This document shows positions 58,826 to 64,000 of a stretch of DNA of 64,000 nt, one piece after another. A program made the position numbers and the translations under genes. The notes under the pieces were generated by a model. It searched no databases, had not been told where the DNA came from, and saw only the letters and a list, made by a program, of their open reading frames with translations. Origin of the DNA: Bacteroidales bacterium (GTDB lineage: Bacteria > Bacteroidota > Bacteroidia > Bacteroidales > VadinHA17); assembly GCA_036743455.1 (NCBI GenBank), contig DAINPM010000003.1:4712-68711 (forward strand), in the 5' to 3' direction. Numbering within the stretch: position 1 is the stretch's first letter; each line of letters starts with the position of its first letter.

Positions 58826-59083
58826 ATGGCACACAAGAAAGGAGCCGGTAGTTCACGCAATGGCCGCGACTCTAACAGTAAAAGACTTGGAGTTAAACTT
58901 TTCGGGGGTCAGCATGCAAAAGCCGGTAATATCATCGTTCGCCAAAGAGGAACAAAACATAATCCCGGCCTGAATGTGGGAGTAGGCAAAGATCATACCC
59001 TTTTTGCCCTTGCCGATGGTGAAATTGAATTCAAAAAACGTAAAGACAATAAAACCTATGTCTCGGTGATAAGCTCAAAGTGA
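58826..59083 (+). CDS. rpmA: 50S ribosomal protein L27
   Basis: 85 aa, starting [24 protein letters not shown]. Confidence 0.96.
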   Translation: MAHKKGAGSSRNGRDSNSKRLGVKLFGGQHAKAGNIIVRQRGTKHNPGLNVGVGKDHTLFALADGEIEFKKRKDNKTYVSVISSK

Positions 59084-59164
59084 TGATCTTCGTCAAAGAT
59101 TATTTTTCTTTCAACACTTTTCTCTCTCGTGAAAACTAATCAGGGAGTTTTTTAATACCTTTAC

Positions 59165-59194
59165 AGCAGGCTCACAGCAGAGCCTGCTTTTTTA
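59165..59194 (+). terminator. Rho-independent terminator after rpmA
   Basis: AGCAGGCTC-ACAGCA-GAGCCTGCT is a perfect 9-bp stem followed by a T-rich tract (TTTTTTATT). Confidence 0.8.
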
Positions 59195-59211
59195 TTAATA
59201 AGAATTCTGCC

Positions 59212-60486
59212 ATGCTAACAATTAATCTTATCCGTGAAAAAAGAGAGCTGATCATTGAACGACTTAAGGTAAAAAACTTTGATGCAGAAAATATCATTGA
59301 TAAAATACTATCTCTTGACGCAACACGCCGCGACATACAGACCCGATCCGATTCCCTTCAGGCTGAGATGAACAGGATATCAAAAGAAATAGGGTCACTC
59401 CTGAAAACAGGCAGAAAAAAAGAAGCTGAAGAAGCAAAAGAAAAGACCTATACTTTAAAAGAAGAAATACGGTCACTCTCTGAAGATTTAACACCTCTTG
59501 ATATTGAATTGAAAGAACTGATAGTCAGCCTTCCTAACCTGCCTCATGAATCAGTTAACAAAGGCTTTGGAGCCGAAGATAACGTCATAGTAAAAGAGGG
59601 AGGGGAAATAGTTGAAATGGAGGAGAATTCTCTTCCGCACTGGGAACTGATAAAAAAATATGACATAATTGACTTCGATCTGGGAATAAAACTAACGGGC
59701 GCAGGTTTCCCGGTCTACAAAGGGAAAGGTGCAAAACTGGAAAGGGCACTAATAAATTTCTTTCTTGATGAAGGTGTAAAAGCAGGTTACAAGGAAGTCA
59801 TCCCTCCCATAGTAGTAAATGAAGACTCTGGTTTCGGTACGGGCCAGCTGCCCGATAAAGAGGGACAAATGTATAATATTACCCTGGATAATTTCTACCT
59901 AATTCCAACAGCAGAAGTCCCTGTAACAAACATTTACAGAGATGTTATTCTCAATGCTGATGACCTGCCCATAAAAAATATTGCCTACACCCCCTGTTTC
60001 AGAAGAGAAGCAGGCTCATGGGGGGCACATGTCAGAGGCCTAAACAGGTTGCATCAGTTTGATAAGGTTGAAATAGTAAGAATAGCCCACCCGGATCATT
60101 CTTATGAGTCTCTTGATGAAATGGTATCCCATGTTGAAAGCCTGGTATCAGCTCTTGATCTTCCATACAGGATACTAAGACTATGTGGAGGTGATATGTC
60201 ATTTACTTCTTCTCTTACCTACGATTTTGAGGTGTGGTCAGGAGCACAGAAAAAATGGCTGGAAGTAAGCTCTGTTTCAAACTTTGAGTCATTCCAGGCA
60301 AACCGGCTGAAGTGCCGTTTCCGGGAAAAAGCCGGGAAACAGACACAACTGGTACATACCCTTAACGGAAGTGCCCTCGCTCTTCCCAGAATTCTTGCAG
60401 CTCTGCTTGAAAACAACCAGACAAAGGAAGGAGTAAAAATCCCGGTAAGTCTTATACCTTATACAGGTTTTGATATAATCAACTGA
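59212..60486 (+). CDS. serS: Serine--tRNA ligase
   Basis: 424 aa. N-terminal coiled-coil arm and class II core with TPCFRREAGS. Confidence 0.95.
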   Translation: MLTINLIREKRELIIERLKVKNFDAENIIDKILSLDATRRDIQTRSDSLQAEMNRISKEIGSLLKTGRKKEAEEAKEKTYTLKEEIRSLSEDLTPLDIELKELIVSLPNLPHESVNKGFGAEDNVIVKEGGEIVEMEENSLPHWELIKKYDIIDFDLGIKLTGAGFPVYKGKGAKLERALINFFLDEGVKAGYKEVIPPIVVNEDSGFGTGQLPDKEGQMYNITLDNFYLIPTAEVPVTNIYRDVILNADDLPIKNIAYTPCFRREAGSWGAHVRGLNRLHQFDKVEIVRIAHPDHSYESLDEMVSHVESLVSALDLPYRILRLCGGDMSFTSSLTYDFEVWSGAQKKWLEVSSVSNFESFQANRLKCRFREKAGKQTQLVHTLNGSALALPRILAALLENNQTKEGVKIPVSLIPYTGFDIIN

Positions 60487-60596
60487 TATTTTTAATCAAC
60501 CTTCACTTTCAAAATAATACAGGATATTTATGTTTCCCCTCAAAACACACATATCCCACACCTCTTTTCTGACTCATTAAAACGGGGTCCCGGAAT

Positions 60597-61484
60597 ATGA
60601 AAAAATCCCGTCAAGCATATCTATACGCCGGTCTGGCTATACTCTTCTGGTCAACAGTGCCTACCGCCTTTAAAAAAGGTCTTCAGGAACTTGAAATAAT
60701 TCCCATGCTTACAATAGCATCCCTGACGTCATCAATAATATTGTTTATTATCCTTATCGCCTCAGGGAAAATTTCACTACTCCTAAAGAAAGACACCAAA
60801 GGGCTTACAATCTCAGCTATTCTCGGCTTTATTAACCCTTTTGCCTACTATCTTATTCTCCTGAAAGCTTACCAGTTCCTTCCTGCACAGATTGCACAAC
60901 CATTGAATATGGTGTGGCCATTAATCTTCGTGTTTCTATCAGTTATTTTTCTAGGGAAAAAAATCAGGAAAAACAGTTTCATTGCCCTGCTTATTAGCTT
61001 TACCGGAGTTTTTATAATATCTTCCAGAGGAAATTTCTTTAACTATGGACAATCAGATATAAGAGGTGTTGCTCTTGCCCTGACAAGCTCCCTATTCTTT
61101 GCTTTCTATTTTATAATGAACATGAAAGATGGACGGGACGAAACCCTTAAACTGTTCCTGAATTTTCTCTTCGGTTCAATATATCTGGTCATAGCACTCC
61201 TGATGACTGAAGGATGGGATTTTTCCGGATATAGCATTCCGGGAATAACAGCATCTGTTTATACAGGATTATTTGAAATGGGCATAACCTTCCTTCTGTG
61301 GCTTAAAGCTCTTAACAGCTCCGAAAATACAGACAAAACAAGTAATCTGGTATATCTTGCCCCTTTTCTTTCTTTGGTTTTTGTTCATTTCATACTTCAC
61401 GAACCCATTTATTATACAACTCCGCTGGGCTTAATTCTTATCGTCACAGGTATACTGATACAAAACAGAAAAACTCAGAGATAA
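60597..61484 (+). CDS. EamA/DMT-family transporter
   Basis: 295 aa with ~10 TM helices in a duplicated EamA-like arrangement (LAILFWSTVPTAFK...). Confidence 0.75.
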   Translation: MKKSRQAYLYAGLAILFWSTVPTAFKKGLQELEIIPMLTIASLTSSIILFIILIASGKISLLLKKDTKGLTISAILGFINPFAYYLILLKAYQFLPAQIAQPLNMVWPLIFVFLSVIFLGKKIRKNSFIALLISFTGVFIISSRGNFFNYGQSDIRGVALALTSSLFFAFYFIMNMKDGRDETLKLFLNFLFGSIYLVIALLMTEGWDFSGYSIPGITASVYTGLFEMGITFLLWLKALNSSENTDKTSNLVYLAPFLSLVFVHFILHEPIYYTTPLGLILIVTGILIQNRKTQR

Positions 61485-61593
61485 TAAATTATTATCTTTG
61501 ATGATTATAGTCAAAAGACAGAAAGCGGGACAGCTAATACTGTGATTAAAATGTTCTTGTTTTACAGAATGCATATTTCTATTACTATCAGTT

Positions 61594-62154
61594 TTGCAGG
61601 GAAAAACAAAAGATAAAATAATATTAGGTATTGACCCTGGGACCAATATTACGGGTTATGGTCTTATCCGTATTGCAGGCACCCAACCTGAGCTGATTGC
61701 CGTTGGAGTAATTGAATTATCGAAATATAATGATCATTATCTTAAACTGAAGTATATTTTCGAAAGGACCACTGCTATTATCGATGAATATCATCCCGAT
61801 GAACTGGCAATAGAAGCTCCTTTTTACGGGAAAAATGTTCAGTCGATGTTAAAATTAGGCCGTGCACAGGGAGCTGCAATATCCGCAGCTCTTTCGCGGT
61901 CGCTTCCCATATTTGAATATGCTCCGCGTAAAATAAAAATGTCAATCACAGGTCAGGGCTCAGCTTCAAAAGAACAGGTAGCTTCGATGCTTATGAGCAT
62001 TCTCAGTTTTAATGAGAAAGGTATAATCCTTGATGCTACCGATGGTCTTGCTGCTGCTCTTTGCCATTTCTATCAGTCAGGACTCCCTTCAGTTCAGAAA
62101 TCTTACAGTAACTGGAAGGATTTTATGAAAAAAAATCCGGGAAGGATAAGATAA
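61594..62154 (+). CDS. ruvC: Crossover junction endodeoxyribonuclease RuvC
   Basis: 186 aa. Contains ILGIDPGT. A TTG start is used by the ORF track and there is no in-frame ATG upstream, so the start is uncertain. Confidence 0.88.
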   Translation: MQGKTKDKIILGIDPGTNITGYGLIRIAGTQPELIAVGVIELSKYNDHYLKLKYIFERTTAIIDEYHPDELAIEAPFYGKNVQSMLKLGRAQGAAISAALSRSLPIFEYAPRKIKMSITGQGSASKEQVASMLMSILSFNEKGIILDATDGLAAALCHFYQSGLPSVQKSYSNWKDFMKKNPGRIR

Positions 62155-62163
62155 GTGTATGAT

Positions 62164-62865
62164 TCAAATTATTGCCACTGCCAGAGCGATAACACTTACC
62201 TTCACTCCTTCTGTTCTTAGCAGTTCGGATGTGCAGGATTCAATCGTTGATCCGGTTGTTATTACATCATCTACCAGCAGTATATGTTTGTTCTCGATTA
62301 CTGCTTTATTGTCAGTTTTGAATATACCTTCCACATTGATCCATCTGTCATAGCGTGACCTCCTTGTCTGAGTAACTGTTTTTGATACCCTCTGAAGGGA
62401 TGTTGTGTCGACGGGCAGTCCGGCGATTCGGGCCACACCTTCAGCAATCATTTCACTCTGATTGAAGCCCCTTGCTTTTTTTTTTGAAGGATGAAGAGGT
62501 ACAGGTAAAAGGATATCTATTCCCTCAAAGAAGCCGGATTGCTTCAGGTCATATGCATACATACAACCAAGTTCGATACCTATTTCTCTTATCCCTTTAT
62601 ATTTGAGATTATGAATGAGCTGTCTCATCCTGCTGTCTCTATTATAAAATGAAAATGCCGCACCTTTTTCCACTCTGCAGCGACCCCAGAAGAGTTGTTC
62701 AACAGGGTTCCCTTTCTGAAGATGATAATTTGTACGTGCCATAAGCACATAACACTCCGTACATATCAGTTTCTCATTCCTTACAAGGTTTTTTCCACAG
62801 GCATAACACACTCTGGGGAAGAGAAGACTTAAAAAATCATCATACAAACCATTAAGAAAACCCAT
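62164..62865 (-). CDS. comF: ComF-family phosphoribosyltransferase-domain protein
   Basis: N-terminal double CxxC (RVCYACG...CTECY) and PRT motif ILLVDDVITTGST. The start is taken at MGFLNGLYDD (62865) rather than the longer ORF-track start. Confidence 0.8.
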   Translation of the reverse strand: MGFLNGLYDDFLSLLFPRVCYACGKNLVRNEKLICTECYVLMARTNYHLQKGNPVEQLFWGRCRVEKGAAFSFYNRDSRMRQLIHNLKYKGIREIGIELGCMYAYDLKQSGFFEGIDILLPVPLHPSKKKARGFNQSEMIAEGVARIAGLPVDTTSLQRVSKTVTQTRRSRYDRWINVEGIFKTDNKAVIENKHILLVDDVITTGSTIESCTSELLRTEGVKVSVIALAVAII

Positions 62866-62930
62866 GCAGCGAGCTGAATTTACTGTAAAGGTAGTAAATC
62901 CGGGTAAAATCAACAGCAAAGGGAACAGAA

Positions 62931-63329
62931 CTAAATCGATAATTCTTTTCTGATTTTCTCTGCAATATTTTCAAATTCTTCAGGTTTAAGATGCAGCTTG
63001 GGATTCCGGAAATTGATATCATCCATTTCATCCATTGGCACCAGATGAATATGGGCATGAGGAACTTCAAGGCCAAGGACGGCTATACCAATCCTGTTGC
63101 ATGGTATTGCAGTCTTAATGGCAGTGGCAACTTTCTTTGAAAAAACCGCCATGCCTGCAAGCTGGTCATCATCAAGATCATAAATATAATCTGTCTCCTG
63201 TTTGGGAACAACAAGAGTATGTCCTTCTTTCAGGGGATTGATATCAAGAAAAGCAAAAAATCTTTCGTCTTCCGCAACTTTATAACAAGGTATTTCCCCT
63301 TTAATAATTTTTGTAAAAATTGTTGCCAT
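62931..63329 (-). CDS. HIT-family (histidine triad) nucleotide hydrolase
   Basis: 132 aa. Starts IFTKIIKGEIP and carries the histidine triad HAHIHLVP. Confidence 0.88.
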   Translation of the reverse strand: MATIFTKIIKGEIPCYKVAEDERFFAFLDINPLKEGHTLVVPKQETDYIYDLDDDQLAGMAVFSKKVATAIKTAIPCNRIGIAVLGLEVPHAHIHLVPMDEMDDINFRNPKLHLKPEEFENIAEKIRKELSI

Positions 63330-63339
63330 AAGAATATTT

Positions 63340-63825
63340 TTACAATGAAACAGCCATTATTTCAAACTGCATTAGTCCTGAAGGGACTTTAATATCAACA
63401 GTATCTCCCACTTTCTTTCCGATAAGTCCGCTTGCAATCGGGGAATTAACAGCTATTTTCCCTTTTTTAAGATCGGCTTCACTTTCCGGAACTATCTGAT
63501 ATTCCATAGTCATATTGTTCTTTACATTTCTGATCTTTACCTTATGAAGGATCCTGATAGTCGAACTGTCGATCATTGATTCATCAATGACTCTTGACCG
63601 TGCAATAAGATTCTCCAGTTTTGCTATCTTCATTTCAAGCATTCCCTGTGCCTCTTTTGCAGCTGAATATTCGGTATTCTCCGAAAGATCGCCTTTATCG
63701 GTCGCTTCAGAAAGCATTTTAGCTATCATGGGGCGTTCAACAGTTCTCAGTCTTTCCAGTTCTTCCTGTAAATTCCGCAGACCGTCTACTGTAATATATA
63801 AAAGCTCTGACATCTCTCTGTTCAT
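63340..63825 (-). CDS. greA: Transcription elongation factor GreA
   Basis: 161 aa. The coiled-coil N-domain carries DKGDLSENTEYSAAKE. The C-terminal domain has SPIASGLIGKKVGD. Confidence 0.93.
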   Translation of the reverse strand: MNREMSELLYITVDGLRNLQEELERLRTVERPMIAKMLSEATDKGDLSENTEYSAAKEAQGMLEMKIAKLENLIARSRVIDESMIDSSTIRILHKVKIRNVKNNMTMEYQIVPESEADLKKGKIAVNSPIASGLIGKKVGDTVDIKVPSGLMQFEIMAVSL

Positions 63826-63872
63826 TTAAAAAAAATAAGAAGAATTCCGTGGTATGCGGAACTCTTCATTGA

Positions 63873-63880
63873 CCAAATAT
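63873..63880 (-). promoter_or_regulatory. Bacteroidota-type -7 promoter box (TAnnTTTG) for greA
   Basis: The reverse strand reads TATATTTG, about 47 nt upstream of the greA ATG. Confidence 0.4.
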
Positions 63881-64000
63881 ATAAAATCTTTTTCTAAATT
63901 ACAAAATAAACCTGAAAATTAAAGAGATACATCTGACAATAAAAGCACGGACTATTTCCTGTATTTTTTTGCTACTTTTCTGCTCCGGGAAGATGCTTTT

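Noticed and set aside
58460-58834. 124-aa and 67-aa minus-strand ORFs, and an 81-aa plus-strand ORF, over the L21 tail and L27 start.
   Set aside because: The F/S/C-rich translations are generated by reading the lysine-codon repeat (AAA/AAG) on the opposite strand or out of frame. The L21 and L27 frames explain the region.
1-64000. Searched the whole window for hallmarks of accessory or defence loci: integrase, transposase or recombinase genes, CRISPR repeats, restriction-modification, toxin-antitoxin pairs, reverse transcriptases, phage genes, and tRNA-flanked islands.
   Set aside because: None found. Almost every ORF of 150 aa or more is a recognisable housekeeping or envelope gene. The single tRNA (52591-52673) is flanked by lptB and tig with no direct repeat of its 3' end nearby.
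63951-64000. A possible 3' end of a minus-strand gene at the right edge. One frame reads ...ASSRSRKVAKKYRK followed by a stop.
   Set aside because: Only about 15 codons are visible, and another frame is also open. It cannot be identified or even confirmed as coding.

Overview
AT-rich, tightly packed chromosomal core segment with about 58 protein genes and 1 tRNA. It looks like Bacteroidota for three reasons: a PorP/SprF (type IX secretion) family outer-membrane protein, the Bacteroidota forms of ParE and long LysS, and exact TAnnTTTG -7 promoter boxes in front of many genes.

Gene content, left to right:
- parE (5' part); a membrane MutS-domain ATPase; an unknown Rossmann-like ORF; a PlsC-type acyltransferase; lplA; a PAP2 phosphatase.
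- obg, adk, hpt, purE; two outer-membrane barrel proteins; recJ, lipB, lipA, lysS.
- A PorP/SprF-like OMP plus a PD40/SPOR protein; a DUF2807 repeat lipoprotein; pgi; a KDG-kinase-like PfkB kinase; a ~70-codon relic of a GH3 glycosidase; a COG2403-type P-loop protein; acpH.
- The rod-shape cluster rodA-mrdA-mreD-mreC-mreB with purH; a MacB/FtsX-type permease; rsmA; a 1040-aa multidomain ABC protein with an upstream lipoprotein.
- An arginine block, carA / argH-argG-argR / carB-GNAT-GT2, with a textbook tandem ARG-box operator.
- recQ, tatC, lptB, tRNA-Leu(UAG), tig-clpP-clpX, folA-thyA plus a BFN/UVR nuclease, rplU-rpmA, serS, an EamA transporter, ruvC, comF, a HIT protein, greA.

I see no integrase, transposase, CRISPR array, toxin-antitoxin pair, restriction system or other accessory island. 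The window reads as ordinary housekeeping DNA, and I cannot point to a clear new system.

The least-explained elements, and so the best candidates for undescribed biology, are:
1. The giant ABC protein with extra N-terminal and extracytoplasmic modules, plus its lipoprotein (34876-38877).
2. The four-TM MutS-domain ATPase translationally coupled to an unknown Rossmann-like ORF (883-3466).
3. The orphan COG2403 P-loop gene next to a decayed sugar locus (23076-24624).
4. The GNAT-GT2 pair fused to the end of carB (46847-48430).

All functional calls come from motif recognition by eye. No searches were run.
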